A stretch of 64,000 bases of DNA from an uncultured Candidatus Rokubacteria bacterium (GCA_963789955.1 CAWBMV010000034.1:1-64000), one strand, 5' to 3'; positions 53,165 through 63,925 are shown, numbered from the stretch's first letter. Program-made: numbers and translations. Notes: generated by a model from the letters alone, not told the origin.

Positions 53165-54052
53165 ATGCCCACCGTGCGAGTCGACGGCGTCAACATCCAC
53201 TACGAGGAGTCGGGGCAGGGCCTGCCGCTGGTCTTCGTGCACGAGTTCGCCGGCGACCACCGGAGCTGGCACCTCCAGATGCGCTTCTTCTCGCGCCGCT
53301 ATCGCGCGATCGCGTTCAACGCGCGCGGCTATCCGCCCTCGGACGTTCCCGACGACGTGAAGGCGTACTCGCAGGAGCGCGCGGCCGAGGACATCCGCGG
53401 CGTGCTCGACGGCCTGAAGATCCAGAAGGCCCACGTGTGCGGCCTCTCGATGGGCGGCTTCTCGACGCTCCACTTCGGCCTGCGGCATCCGGACCGGGCG
53501 CTCTCGCTCGTGGTCGCCGGCGCCGGCTACGGCAGCGTGCCCGGCGAGCGCGACAAATTCCGCAAGGACACCGAGGTCGTCGCGCGCCGCTTCGAAGAAG
53601 ACGGCATGGTGAAGACCGCCGAGATGTACTCGAAGGGGCCGACGCGCGTGCAGTTCATGGACAAGGATCCCTTCGGCTGGCGCGAGTTCCACGCCCAGCT
53701 CGCCGAGGGCTCCGCGAAGGGCCACGCGCTCACCCAGCGGGGCGTACAGATGCAGCGGCCGTCGATCCTCGACCTCGGGCCCCAGCTCGAGAAGCTCGAC
53801 GTCCCGACCCTGATCATGACCGGTGACGAGGACGATCCGTGCCTCGAGCCGGGCATCTTCATGAAGCGCAAGATCCCGACGTCAGGGCTCGTCGTCCTGC
53901 CGAAGTCGGGGCACACGATCAACCTGGAAGAGCCCGAGGCGTTCAATCGCGCCGTGCTCGACTTCCTCACGGCGGTGGATGCCGGAAAATGGACGCGACG
54001 CAATCCCGCCTCGCAGACGGGGTCGGCCGTCCTTCCCGCGGAGACACGCTGA
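53165..54052 (+). CDS. Alpha/beta hydrolase
   Basis: FVHEFAG, GLSMGG nucleophile elbow, GDED, GHTINLEEP. Confidence 0.9.
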   Translation: MPTVRVDGVNIHYEESGQGLPLVFVHEFAGDHRSWHLQMRFFSRRYRAIAFNARGYPPSDVPDDVKAYSQERAAEDIRGVLDGLKIQKAHVCGLSMGGFSTLHFGLRHPDRALSLVVAGAGYGSVPGERDKFRKDTEVVARRFEEDGMVKTAEMYSKGPTRVQFMDKDPFGWREFHAQLAEGSAKGHALTQRGVQMQRPSILDLGPQLEKLDVPTLIMTGDEDDPCLEPGIFMKRKIPTSGLVVLPKSGHTINLEEPEAFNRAVLDFLTAVDAGKWTRRNPASQTGSAVLPAETR

Positions 54053-55218
54053 TGCCACTACCACTCGAAGGCTACACGGTCCTCGATCTCACCCGCGCGC
54101 GCTCGGGCCCGACCGCGGTGCGCCAGCTCGCCGACATGGGCGCCAACGTCATCAAGATCGAGCAGCGCGAGGAGATGGAAGGCGACTCGACCGCGCTCGG
54201 CTTCGACTTCCTGAACCTGCACCGGAACAAGCGCTCGATGACGCTCGACCTCAAGCATCCGCGCGGGGTCGAGATCATCAAGAAGATCGCCGCGCGCGCC
54301 GACGTCGTCGTCGAGAACTTCCGGCCCGACGTCAAGAAGCGGCTCGGCATCGACTACGAGGCGCTGTCCAAGGTGAACCCGCGGCTCGTCTACGGCTCGA
54401 TCTCGGGCTTCGGCCAGACCGGTCCGTACGCGGAGCGTCCGGGCTACGACCAGATCGCGCAGGGGATGGGCGGGCTCATGTCGATCACCGGCCTTCCGGG
54501 CCAGGGGCCCGTGCGCGTGGGAATCCCGGTCGCCGATCTCACCTCCGGGCTGTTCCTGGCGCAGGGAATCCTGGTCGCGCTGCTCGAGCGCGAGAAGTCC
54601 GGGAAGGGGCAGTGGGTGCACACCTCGCTCCTGCAGGCGATGGTCACCATGCTCGATTTCCAGGCCGCGCGCTGGCTGATCGATAGCGAGATTCCGCCCC
54701 AGGCGGGCAACGATCACCCGACCGGCATTCCGACGGGCGTCTTCACGACGGCGGACGGACACATCAACATCGCCGCGTCGGGCCAGACGATGTACCGGCG
54801 GCTCTGCACCGCCATCGGCGCGCCCGAGCTGATCGACGATCCGCGCTTCAAGACCCTGGCCGACCGCTCGAAGAACCGCAAGCAGATGAACGCCGAGATC
54901 GATCGCGTGCTCGTGAAGAAGCCGAGCGCCGAGTGGATCGAGACGCTCAATCGCGCCGGCGTGCCGTCGGGGCCGATCTTCAACGTGAAAGAGGTCTACG
55001 AGAACGAGCAGATCAAGCACCTCGGGATGGCGCAGCGGGTCCGGCATCCCGAGCGCGGCGAGATGCTGGTGCAGGGGCTCCCGGCGACGCTCTCGCGCAC
55101 GCCCGGCGCGATTCGCCGCGCCGCCCCGACGCACGGCGAGCACACCGACGAGATTCTTCGCGAGCTCGGCTACGGCACCGAGGAGATCGCCACCCTCCGG
55201 AAGGACGCCGTCGTCTAG
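54052..55218 (+). CDS. CaiB/BaiF class III CoA-transferase
   Basis: VLDLT..GP..LADMGANVIKIE, RNKRS, ENFRP, GFGQTGPY..GYD, GEHTDEIL. Confidence 0.93.
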   Translation: MPLPLEGYTVLDLTRARSGPTAVRQLADMGANVIKIEQREEMEGDSTALGFDFLNLHRNKRSMTLDLKHPRGVEIIKKIAARADVVVENFRPDVKKRLGIDYEALSKVNPRLVYGSISGFGQTGPYAERPGYDQIAQGMGGLMSITGLPGQGPVRVGIPVADLTSGLFLAQGILVALLEREKSGKGQWVHTSLLQAMVTMLDFQAARWLIDSEIPPQAGNDHPTGIPTGVFTTADGHINIAASGQTMYRRLCTAIGAPELIDDPRFKTLADRSKNRKQMNAEIDRVLVKKPSAEWIETLNRAGVPSGPIFNVKEVYENEQIKHLGMAQRVRHPERGEMLVQGLPATLSRTPGAIRRAAPTHGEHTDEILRELGYGTEEIATLRKDAVV

Positions 55219-55278
55219 CTGCGGAAGCGGTCGCTGACCCTCCCGGCCGAGCCTGATCCTCTCACGGAGGAACCTGAT

Positions 55279-56839
55279 ATGCAGTACGAGCCGCACCGGT
55301 CGCCGCGCGCTGTCGTGGTGCGCCGTGACCATCGTGCTTCTGTTGCGGTCTCGTCGGCGGGGCGGAGGCGCAGGCAAAGCCCGAAGGCGAGATGCGCTGG
55401 GCCCTGTACGTGACGGTCGCCCCGGCCTGGCTCGATCCGGGCGAGGTGCAGGGCTTCATCACGCCGTTCTGGATCCAGTACGCGCTCCACGATGCGCTCG
55501 TGAAGCCCATGCCCGGCAACATCATGACGCCGAGCCTGGCCGAGTCGTGGACGCTCAGCCCCGACCAGAAGACCTACGAGTTCAAGCTGCGCCAGGGCCT
55601 CAAGTTCCACAACGGCGATCCGTTCACCGCCGAGGACGTGAAGTTCAGCTTCAAGCGCGCCAAGAGCTCCCGGATCCTCAAGGAGAAGGTGCGCGAGGTC
55701 GAGATCGTCGATCCCTACCGCGTGCGCTTCCATCTCCACGAGCCGTTCCCCGACTTCATGGCCTTCTACGGCACGCTCGCGACCGCGTCGAGCTGGATCG
55801 TGCCCAAGAAGTACGTCGAGAAGGTCGGCGACGACGGGTTCAAGAAGCAGCCGGTCGGGCTCGGGCCGTACAAGTTCGTGAGCAACACGCCCGGGCATCG
55901 AGATCGTCATGGAGGCCAACGAGAGCTACTGGCGCAAGATGCCCTCGGTGAAGCGCCTCGTCTTCAAGAGCGTGCCGGAGCCGACCACGCGGGCGGCGAT
56001 GCTGAAGAAGGGCGAAGTGGACATCGCCTATCTGCTGGACGCGCCGACCGCCGCTGGAGCTGAAGCGTGATCCGAACCTCAAGCTGGCGTTTTCCGGGGC
56101 GATCGGGATCCACTTCCTCGACTTCTTCGATCAGTGGGACCCAAAGTCGCCGTGGCACGACCGGCGAGTGCGGCTCGCCGCCAACTATGCGATCGACCGC
56201 CGGTCGTTGAACGAGGCCGAGAACCTGGGCGCCTCCCGCCTCACGGGCGGCATGGTCCCGCGCAAGTTCGAGTTCGCGCTTGCCCTCGAGCCCTATCCCT
56301 ACGATCCGGCGAAGGCGAAGCAGCTGCTGGCCGAGGCCGGCTATCCCGAACGGCTTCGACGCCGGGGATCTCTATCCGTATCCGCCGTACTTCTCGATGG
56401 GGGAGGCGGTCGGCGACCAATCTCGCGCGCGGTCGGCATCAAGACGCAGGATCATCACGATGGAGCGCGCGGCCTTCCAGACGGCGTGGCTGACGAAGAA
56501 GCTGCAAGGGACTCTGCGTCTGCATCCACGCGCTCTACGGCAACGCCGCCTCACGGATGGCGCAGTTCGTGCCGAGCGACGGGCGACTTCGCGCGCGGCG
56601 CCGATCCCGACGTCGACGCGCTCTTCAAGCAGCAGGCGCGGGAGACGGACCGGAAGAAGCGCGAGGCGATGCTCCACCAGATCCAGCAGCTGCTCTACGA
56701 GCGCGTGCGGTTCGGCCCGATCTGGGAGTACATCTGGCCGAGCGGGATCGGCCCGCGCGTCGGCGGACGCCGGCCCTGCTGAAGATCGACCCGTACCCCT
56801 GGTCGGCGCCCTACGAGGACGTGACGTCTCAAGAAGTAG
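55279..56839 (+). CDS. Peptide/nickel ABC transporter substrate-binding protein (family 5); many frameshifts
   Basis: HDALVK..PSLAESW..FKLRQGLKFHNGDPFTAEDVKFS, GLGPYKF, RLAANYAIDR, YDPAKAKQLLAEAG. Confidence 0.88.
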
Positions 56840-56858
56840 CGCGCGCGTTCGGACCGGT

Positions 56859-57989
56859 CTAGCGGAGCGCGTCGCGCAGCTCGCGCGTGAGGACCTCGAC
56901 GGTCCCGCGCGTGCCGCCGGCGAGCTTCAGCTTCCACTCGCCCTCGGTCTCGAAGCGCCGGTCGCGCAGCCGCTCGCTCCACGGCTTGATCGCCTCGCGG
57001 ATCGCGTTCAGGTCGAACGGATCGCGGCGCAGCTCGCGGGCGCGCGCCATGACGTCGGGCGCCGCCCGGATGAAGGCGCGTAGCGCGGCGCCGGTCTTGA
57101 TCGAGTACTTCCGGCCGGCCCAGGCGGCCGGGAACGTGGTCGAGAGCGCCTTGATGTAGTTCAGGAAGAAGCGCTTGGCGCCGCCCCGCAGCTCCTGGAG
57201 CTTGCCGCCGCTGCCGACCTTCTCGACCGTCTCGAAGAAGTCGACGATCTCCTCGGCGAGCGGCGCCTGGCTCACGCGTCCGCGCCCGGTGCCGAGCATC
57301 TTGATCTCGCCGTGGAGCGGCGAGGTGTCGTCTTCGTTGAGCGAGCGGATCACGTCGTGGGCGAGCGCCTGGTTCGCGTCGGGATAGAGCTTGCGACCGG
57401 CCAGGCTGATGATGTGCGACGGGTTCAGGCGCGTGTGCTTGGCGTTGATCGTGACGAAGAGCTCGACGATCTGCCGGGCGTCGAGCGAGTCGAACAGCAC
57501 CGCCGGGACCTCGATCGTCATGTTCTCGCCCGCCTGCGACAAGGCGTGCAGGGCGAGGAGACGATGCTGGCCGTCGAGCACGCGCAGGACGCCGTGCTCC
57601 TCCGGAATCTGGAGCAGTCCGAGGTCGTGCTGGCCCGCGACCGGGGTGAAGGTGAACCGTCGCTCGGAGGTGATGATGACGGCACCGGGGATCGCGGGCA
57701 GGGTCGCCGCGTCCTTGCACTCCCGGTAATAGGCCACGAGCTCGTCGATCTTCCGACGGATGACCGGCCGCTGGTAGGCGGCCTCGCTCTCGCCGATCCG
57801 CTTCTCGAGGCTGTCCCAGTTGACGCGCGATCGGTTCATCCGCGTCTTCTTGGGGGGCTCGTTGGCGGGGCCGCCCGAATAGCCCAGGACCTCGAACTTT
57901 ACTAACCGGTCGATATCCTTGGCCGAAAGGCCGGCCTGATAGAACTCAACGCCGAACTGCTTCACACGGCGCGCCGGGACGGTAATCAT
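56859..57989 (-). CDS. DGQHR-domain protein (DndB-related), stand-alone, 376 aa
   Basis: AYQR, IPGAVII, LRVLDGQHRLLAL, ELFVTINAKH; ATG at 57989. Confidence 0.85.
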   Translation of the reverse strand: MITVPARRVKQFGVEFYQAGLSAKDIDRLVKFEVLGYSGGPANEPPKKTRMNRSRVNWDSLEKRIGESEAAYQRPVIRRKIDELVAYYRECKDAATLPAIPGAVIITSERRFTFTPVAGQHDLGLLQIPEEHGVLRVLDGQHRLLALHALSQAGENMTIEVPAVLFDSLDARQIVELFVTINAKHTRLNPSHIISLAGRKLYPDANQALAHDVIRSLNEDDTSPLHGEIKMLGTGRGRVSQAPLAEEIVDFFETVEKVGSGGKLQELRGGAKRFFLNYIKALSTTFPAAWAGRKYSIKTGAALRAFIRAAPDVMARARELRRDPFDLNAIREAIKPWSERLRDRRFETEGEWKLKLAGGTRGTVEVLTRELRDALR

Positions 57990-57998
57990 GGGGATAGA

Positions 57999-58039
57999 AG
58001 TGTAACTGAGGGGCCAAACCCCTGTCAATAGAGGGGTTT
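57999..58039 (-). promoter_or_regulatory. Sigma70-type promoter (TTGACA-18-TACACT) with an inverted repeat around the -35
   Basis: Minus-strand TTGACA (58023-58028) and TACACT (57999-58004); AAACCCCT-N8-AGGGGTTT at 58016-58039. Confidence 0.65.
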
Positions 58040-58078
58040 TCGGACGTACCAGCACCTGAAGTTCGGTAAGATCGTGCG

Positions 58079-58942
58079 GTGAGCGGCCCTGCCCTCGCCC
58101 TCGTCGTGTGCGCCGCTGTTCTTCACGCGACGTGGAACGCGCTGGCCAAGCGCGCCGAGAACCAGTTCGCCTTTCTCTGGTCGTCCGTGTCGCTGGCGAC
58201 CCTGCTCTTGCTGCCGATCGGACTCTTGCGCCTTCCCGCCGAGCCCACGCCCAGCGCCGGTCTGCCGTTCGTTGCCGCGAGCATAGGCATTCACGCGGTC
58301 TATTTCTGGGCACTCGGCCGCTCCTATCGCTTCGGAGACTTCTCCCGCGTCTACCCGATGGCGCGCGGGCTCGGCGTGGCGCTGGTCCCGCTGATCGCGC
58401 TGCCCGTGTTCGGCGAGCGGCTGTCATGGCTCGGCTCGCTCGGAATCGGCCTCGTCGTCCTCGGGATCGTCTCGCTCAGCCGGAGTCCATCGGCCGCGCG
58501 CGGATCGACCGGGATCGGAATCGGCGCGGGAACGGTCTGGGCCGTCGTGACTGGAGTGACCATCGCGGCCTATTCGCTGGTGGACAAGGCAGGTGTCGCT
58601 CGCCTGCACCCGATGCCCTACATCGCGCTGATGGGCCTCGGCCTCAGCGCCATCCTGAGCCCGATCGTCCTCGCGGATCGCCGGACGCTCGTCAACGAGT
58701 GGCGCCGGCGCTGGCCGACGATCCTCGTCGCCTCGGCGATGAATCTGACGAGCTATCTGCTCGTGCTCTTCGCCTTCAGGCTCTCGAAGGTCGGCTACGT
58801 GGTGGCGTCGCGCGAGCTGTCGATCCTGTTCTCGGCGTTCATCGGAAGCCTGTGGCTCGGCGAAGGGCGGCTGGCCCCGCGGCTCGCCGGCGCCTCGGTC
58901 GTGCTCGCCGGGGTGATCTGCGTGGCCTTCGCGCGCGACTAG
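58079..58942 (+). CDS. EamA/DMT family transporter
   Basis: LHATWNALAK, GDFSRVYPMARG, YSLVDK, SRELSILF; about 10 TM helices. Confidence 0.88.
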   Translation: MSGPALALVVCAAVLHATWNALAKRAENQFAFLWSSVSLATLLLLPIGLLRLPAEPTPSAGLPFVAASIGIHAVYFWALGRSYRFGDFSRVYPMARGLGVALVPLIALPVFGERLSWLGSLGIGLVVLGIVSLSRSPSAARGSTGIGIGAGTVWAVVTGVTIAAYSLVDKAGVARLHPMPYIALMGLGLSAILSPIVLADRRTLVNEWRRRWPTILVASAMNLTSYLLVLFAFRLSKVGYVVASRELSILFSAFIGSLWLGEGRLAPRLAGASVVLAGVICVAFARD

Positions 58943-58952
58943 TCGCGCCGCG

Positions 58953-60161
58953 CTACTTCAGGCCGAAGTTCTCGACGGCAAGCCCCGCGATGTGACGCCC
59001 GATCGCGATCGAGGCCGTGGCGCCGGGCGAGGGCGCGTTGAGCACGTGGATCGCGTCCGCCTCGGCGAGGATCCGAAAGTCGTCGACGAGCGAGCCGTCG
59101 GGGCTCACCGCCTGGGCGCGAACGCCGGCGCCGCCGCGCGTGACGTCCTCGGGACGCAGCGCGGGGACGAGCCGCTGGAGCGCCTGGACGAACGCGTTCT
59201 TGCTGAGCGAGCGGTACATCTCGTAGCTTCCCGTTTGCCAGTACTTCCGGGCCATCCGCCAGAAGCCGCTGTAGGTCAAGGTGCCCGCGAGCTCGCTCGG
59301 GCTCACCGTGGCGAAGCGGTAGCCCTCGCGCGCGAACGCCAGCACCGCATTGGGACCGGCCTCGACCTCGCCGTGCACGGTGCGCGTGAGGTGGACGCCG
59401 AGGAACGGGAACTCGGGATCCGGCACCGGATAGATGAGCCCGCGGACGATGTCCTGACGCTCCGGCCGGATCATGTAGTACTCGCCGCGGAACGGGATGA
59501 TCCGGAGATCGACCTTCGCGCCCGCCATCCGCGCCACCACGTCCGAGTAGAGGCCGGCGCAGTTCACGATCCGCGTGGTCCGCACGACGGCGCGGGGCGT
59601 GACCAGCTCGATGGCGCCGGCGCCGCGCCGAATCGACGTCACGCCGGCGCCGGTCTCGATCGCGACACCGCGGGCGGTCAGCTCGCGCGTCATCGCGGCG
59701 CAGACTTCCTTGTAATCGACGATCGCGGTCGAGGGCGACCGGATCGCCCGGAGCGCGTTCGCGTGCGGCTCGATCTCCCGGAGCTGCGCCGGCTCGATCA
59801 TCTCCACCGGGACGCCGTTGGCGACGCCGCGCTCGTAGAGCGTCTGCAGGCGCGGCAGCTCGGCCTTCTCGGTCGCGACGATCACCTTGCCGACGTGATC
59901 GACGCGGATCCCGTGCTTCTGACAGAAGTCGAGCATCAGCCCCTTGCCCTCGACGCAGAGCTTGGCCTTGTAGGAGCCGGGCTTGTAGTAGATGCCGGAG
60001 TGGATGACGCCCGAGTTGTTGCCGGTCTGGTGGGTGGCGAGCTTGGCTTCCTTCTCGAGGATGACGAGCCGCGCTCTCGGGACGCGCTCGCCCAGGGCCC
60101 GCGCGGTGGCGAGGCCCACGATGCCGCCGCCGATGATCGCGATGTCGTAAGAGTTTTCCAT
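58953..60161 (-). CDS. lhgO: L-2-hydroxyglutarate oxidase
   Basis: [53 protein letters not shown]. Confidence 0.92.
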   Translation of the reverse strand: MENSYDIAIIGGGIVGLATARALGERVPRARLVILEKEAKLATHQTGNNSGVIHSGIYYKPGSYKAKLCVEGKGLMLDFCQKHGIRVDHVGKVIVATEKAELPRLQTLYERGVANGVPVEMIEPAQLREIEPHANALRAIRSPSTAIVDYKEVCAAMTRELTARGVAIETGAGVTSIRRGAGAIELVTPRAVVRTTRIVNCAGLYSDVVARMAGAKVDLRIIPFRGEYYMIRPERQDIVRGLIYPVPDPEFPFLGVHLTRTVHGEVEAGPNAVLAFAREGYRFATVSPSELAGTLTYSGFWRMARKYWQTGSYEMYRSLSKNAFVQALQRLVPALRPEDVTRGGAGVRAQAVSPDGSLVDDFRILAEADAIHVLNAPSPGATASIAIGRHIAGLAVENFGLK

Positions 60162-60232
60162 GGCGCATCATTGATAGAATCTGGCACGACCGCTGTCAAG
60201 CGCGGAACCCGAACGACATCCGGAGGCCCGAC

Positions 60233-60685
60233 GTGGCAGGAAAGTACTTCGACGAGCTCGAGATCGGCCAGACCTTCCGGCATCAGCCCGGACGGACGGT
60301 GACCGAGGCGGACAACGTGTGGTTCTCCTGCCTCACGATGAACCCCCAGTCGCTCCACGTCGACTTTCACGCGGCGGCGAAAGCCGAGTTCGGCAAGCCG
60401 CTGGTGAACAGTCTCTTCACGCTCGGCGTGGCCGTCGGGCTCTCGGTCGGCGAGACGACGCTCGGCACGACCGTGGGGAACCTCGGCTTCGAGAAGGTCG
60501 AGTTCCCGAAGCCCGTCTTCCACGGCGACACGATCTATTCCGAGACCGAGGTCGTCGAGAAGCGCGAGTCGCGCTCGCGTCCGCAGTGGGGCATCGTGAC
60601 GTTCGTGCACCGCGCGCTCAACCAGCACGGCGAGGTCGTGATGGTGGCGCGGCGCAACGCGATGATGCGCAAGAAGGGCGCCTGA
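60233..60685 (+). CDS. MaoC family (R)-hydratase/dehydratase
   Basis: [35 protein letters not shown]. Confidence 0.9.
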   Translation: MAGKYFDELEIGQTFRHQPGRTVTEADNVWFSCLTMNPQSLHVDFHAAAKAEFGKPLVNSLFTLGVAVGLSVGETTLGTTVGNLGFEKVEFPKPVFHGDTIYSETEVVEKRESRSRPQWGIVTFVHRALNQHGEVVMVARRNAMMRKKGA

Positions 60686-60686
60686 G

Positions 60687-61568
60687 ATGGCGCGCCGGCG
60701 CCGATCGCTCCACTTCGTGCCGGGCGGCAACGATCGCATGCTCGCCAAGGCCCTGACCATTCCGGCGGACGGCTTGATCCTCGATCTCGAGGACGCGGTC
60801 GCGCCGGATCGCAAGGCGGCCACCCGCGGCGTGGTCCGGGAGTGGCTCACCCGCGAGTTCGGCGGCCGCGAGCGATGGGTGAGGATGAATCCGATCGCCA
60901 CCGGGCTCGGACAGGCGGACCTCGAGGAGACGATCGCGTCGCGCCCCGACGGCTACGTGGTACCGAAGCCCGGCAGCGCCGCCGACATCCGTGCGATCGT
61001 CCGGATCCTCGACCGGCTCGAGCAGCACCACGGGATTCCGAACGGCGCGACCCGGCTCACGTTGATCGCGACGGAGACGCCGGAAGGGCTGCTGAACATC
61101 CGCGAGATCGCCGCGGCCACGCCGCGGACGGTCGCGATCTCCTGGGGCGTCGAGGACCTGGGCGCCGCGATGGGACTCGGCCGGGTGCGCGACGCTCAGG
61201 GGCAGTACATGGACATCCCGCGCTACGCGCGCGTCATGTGCGCGGTGGTCGCCGCCGCGGCCGGGCTCGAGGCGATCGACACGGTGTTCACCGACATCGC
61301 GGATCTCGACGGCCTGCGGCGCGAGTGCGAGGACGGAGTGGCGATGGGCTTCACCGGCAAGATCTCGATCCATCCCAACCAGGTTCCCGTGATCAACGAA
61401 GTCTTCACGCCGTCGAAGGAATCGGTCGAGGAGGCGCGCCAGCTGATCGCGCTGTTCGACGAGCATGCCCGGCGCGGCGTGTACGCGTTCACGTTCAAAG
61501 GCCAGATGGTCGACGCCCCGCACCTCGCGCGCGCGAAGAAGCTCGTGGCGAGAGCGGGCGGGGAGTGA
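60687..61568 (+). CDS. CitE/HpcH-family CoA ester lyase
   Basis: RSLHFVPG, LDLEDAV, WVRMN, GVEDL, GFTGKISIHPNQV, GQMVDAP. Confidence 0.9.
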   Translation: MARRRRSLHFVPGGNDRMLAKALTIPADGLILDLEDAVAPDRKAATRGVVREWLTREFGGRERWVRMNPIATGLGQADLEETIASRPDGYVVPKPGSAADIRAIVRILDRLEQHHGIPNGATRLTLIATETPEGLLNIREIAAATPRTVAISWGVEDLGAAMGLGRVRDAQGQYMDIPRYARVMCAVVAAAAGLEAIDTVFTDIADLDGLRRECEDGVAMGFTGKISIHPNQVPVINEVFTPSKESVEEARQLIALFDEHARRGVYAFTFKGQMVDAPHLARAKKLVARAGGE

Positions 61569-62592
61569 GCCCGGGCCGGGCGCTCGTCCTCGCACGCCGC
61601 GGCGCCGATCGAAACCTCGCCGCTGCGTCTCGAAGCTCGCCCGACTCCGGTGCCCGGGCCCGGGGAAATCCTGGTCCGCGTCAGCGCCTGCGGAGTCTGT
61701 CGAACGGATCTGCACATCGTCGAGGGCGAGCTTCCGCTCGTCCGCGCGTCGGTCGTGCCCGGCCATCAAGTCGTCGGCCGTGTCGTGGGCGCCGGAGCGA
61801 ACGCGCGCCGGTTCGAGACCGGTGATCGCGTCGGGATCGCGTGGCTCCGCGGGACGTGCGGAGAGTGCGAGGCGTGCCGGCAGCGGCCGCGAGAATCTCT
61901 GCGAGAGCGCCGTGTTCACCGGCTATCACGCCGACGGCGGGTTCGCCGACTATGCCGTGGTGTCCGAGGCCTTCGCCTACGCGATCCCGCCCGTCTTCGG
62001 CGATGCCGAGGCGGCGCCGCTTCTCTGCGCGGGCATCATCGGCTACCGGGCGCTCAAGCTGAGCGAGGTGAGGCCGGGCGGCCGGCTCGGCATCTACGGA
62101 TTCGGAGCCTCCGCGCACGTGACGCTTCAGGTCGCCCGCGCCCGCGGGTGCGAGGTGTTCGTCTGCACGCGCGAGGAATCGCACCGGGCGCTCGCGCGCC
62201 GGCTGGGCGCGACGTGGGTGGGCGGCATCGGCGACACGATGCCCGCGAAAATGCACGGCACGATCCTCTTCGCGCCGGCCGGCGAGCTCGTGCCGGTCGC
62301 GCTGCGCAATCTCGACCGCGGCGGCACCCTGGCGCTGGCCGGCATCTACATGAGCCCGGTGCCGCCGCTCGACTACGAGCGCGATCTGTTCTAGGAGCGG
62401 AGCGTTCGGAGCGTGACCGCCAACACCCGGGCCGACGGCGAGGAGCTCCTGGCCGAAGCGAGCCGGATTCCGATCCGGCCGGCCACCACGACCTTCGCGC
62501 TCGAGGACGCCAACCGCGCGCTGGCGCTGCTCAAGCGGGGTGGTTTCGCCGGGGCCGGAGTGCTCTTGACCGGTGAGGGTTCTCGCGTATGA
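61565..62592 (+). CDS. Zinc-dependent alcohol dehydrogenase; frameshifts plus in-frame TAG at 62392
   Basis: ACGVCRTDLH, PGHQVVG, CGECEAC..C, APLLCAGIIGYRAL, GFGASA, DLF*ERSVRSVTANTR. Confidence 0.85.
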
Positions 62593-62622
62593 TCACCGAA
62601 CAGTTTTGACGGAGGCTCACCG

Positions 62623-63909
62623 ATGAGCGATCAAGACAATCTTCTGCGCCGCGCGGAGCAGGTCCTTCCCGGAGGCGTCCTGGGCAGTCATCGCAGCGGA
62701 CCCGGCCTCGAATTCGTCGTCAAGGAAGGCCGGGGCGCGTACCTGTACGACATGGCCGGGCAGCGGTATCTGGACTACCTCCTCGGCTCCGGCCCGATGC
62801 TGCTCGGCCACGCGCATCCGGCCGTCGTCGCGGCGGTCGAGCGGCAGATGGCCCGCGGCACCTCGTATTTCCTCCTGAACGAGCCGGCGATCCAGCTCGC
62901 CGAAGAGATCGTCAAGGCCGTCCCGTGCGCCGAGCAGGTGCGCTACACGTCGAGCGGCTCGGAGGCGACGTTCTTCGCGCTCCGCGTCGCGCGCGCGTTT
63001 CGCAAGCGGGACAAGATCATGAAGTTCGAGGGCGGCTTTCACGGCACGCACGACTACGCGCTGATGAGCGTGGTGCCCCGCTCGCCGAAGGCGTTCCCGG
63101 CGCCGATGATGGACTCGGCCGGCGTGCCGCACGCGATCGAGGCCGAGGTGCTGATCGCCCCGTACAACGATCTGGCCACGGCCGAGGCGCTGATCGCCGC
63201 GCACCACGACGAGCTGGCCGCGGTGCTGATCGAGCCCTACCAGCGGACGATCGTCCCCGCGCCGGGCTTCCTGGCGGGGCTGCGCGCCGCGACGCGCCGG
63301 TACGGCGTGCCGCTGATCTTCGACGAGATCGTGACCGGATTCCGGTTCGCCTACGGCGGCGCCCAGGAATATTACGGCGTCGTGCCGGATCTGGCGGCGT
63401 ACGGCAAGGTCGTGGCCGGCGGCTTTCCGCTCGCGTGCATCGCCGGGCCGAAGGAGATCATGCGCCACTTCGACGCGGCCCTCGAGGGCACCGCGGACTA
63501 CGTCTGGCAGGCCGGAACCTTCAACGGCAACGCCATCGCGTGCGCGGCCGGCCTCGCGACCCTGGCCGAGCTACGGAAGCCCGGCATGTACGATCGGCTC
63601 TTCAAGACCGGCACGCGGCTGCGCGAGGGGCTGGCCGCCGCCGCGCGCAAGCACGGCCTGCCCGCGCAGGTCAGCGGCGAGCCGCCGGTATTCGACATCT
63701 TCTTCACCGACCGCGAGGTCGTCGACTATCGCGCGACCCTCACGGCCGACCGCGACCGGATCAAGCGCTTCAACCAGGAGCTGGTGCGCCGCAAGGTCGT
63801 CAAGGCCGTGAACAAGATCTACGTGTCGCTCGCCCACACCGACAAGGACGTCGAGGAAACGATCGAGATCTTCGACCAGGCGCTCGCGGTCATCGCCGCC
63901 GGCGCGTGA
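62623..63909 (+). CDS. Class III aminotransferase (glutamate-1-semialdehyde aminomutase-like)
   Basis: GSGPMLLGH, SGSEAT, FEGGFHG, LIFDEIVTGFR, YGKVVAGG, AGTFNGN. Confidence 0.9.
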   Translation: MSDQDNLLRRAEQVLPGGVLGSHRSGPGLEFVVKEGRGAYLYDMAGQRYLDYLLGSGPMLLGHAHPAVVAAVERQMARGTSYFLLNEPAIQLAEEIVKAVPCAEQVRYTSSGSEATFFALRVARAFRKRDKIMKFEGGFHGTHDYALMSVVPRSPKAFPAPMMDSAGVPHAIEAEVLIAPYNDLATAEALIAAHHDELAAVLIEPYQRTIVPAPGFLAGLRAATRRYGVPLIFDEIVTGFRFAYGGAQEYYGVVPDLAAYGKVVAGGFPLACIAGPKEIMRHFDAALEGTADYVWQAGTFNGNAIACAAGLATLAELRKPGMYDRLFKTGTRLREGLAAAARKHGLPAQVSGEPPVFDIFFTDREVVDYRATLTADRDRIKRFNQELVRRKVVKAVNKIYVSLAHTDKDVEETIEIFDQALAVIAAGA

Positions 63910-63925
63910 GGTCGCGGAGGAGTCC

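Noticed and set aside
60181..60197. Sigma54 promoter (TGGCAC...) upstream of the MaoC gene
   Set aside because: The -12 element reads CTGT rather than TTGC, so the invariant GC is missing.
62392..62394. Pyrrolysine or TAG recoding
   Set aside because: The position is not catalytic, no pyl genes are present in the window, and TAG terminates many normal genes here.
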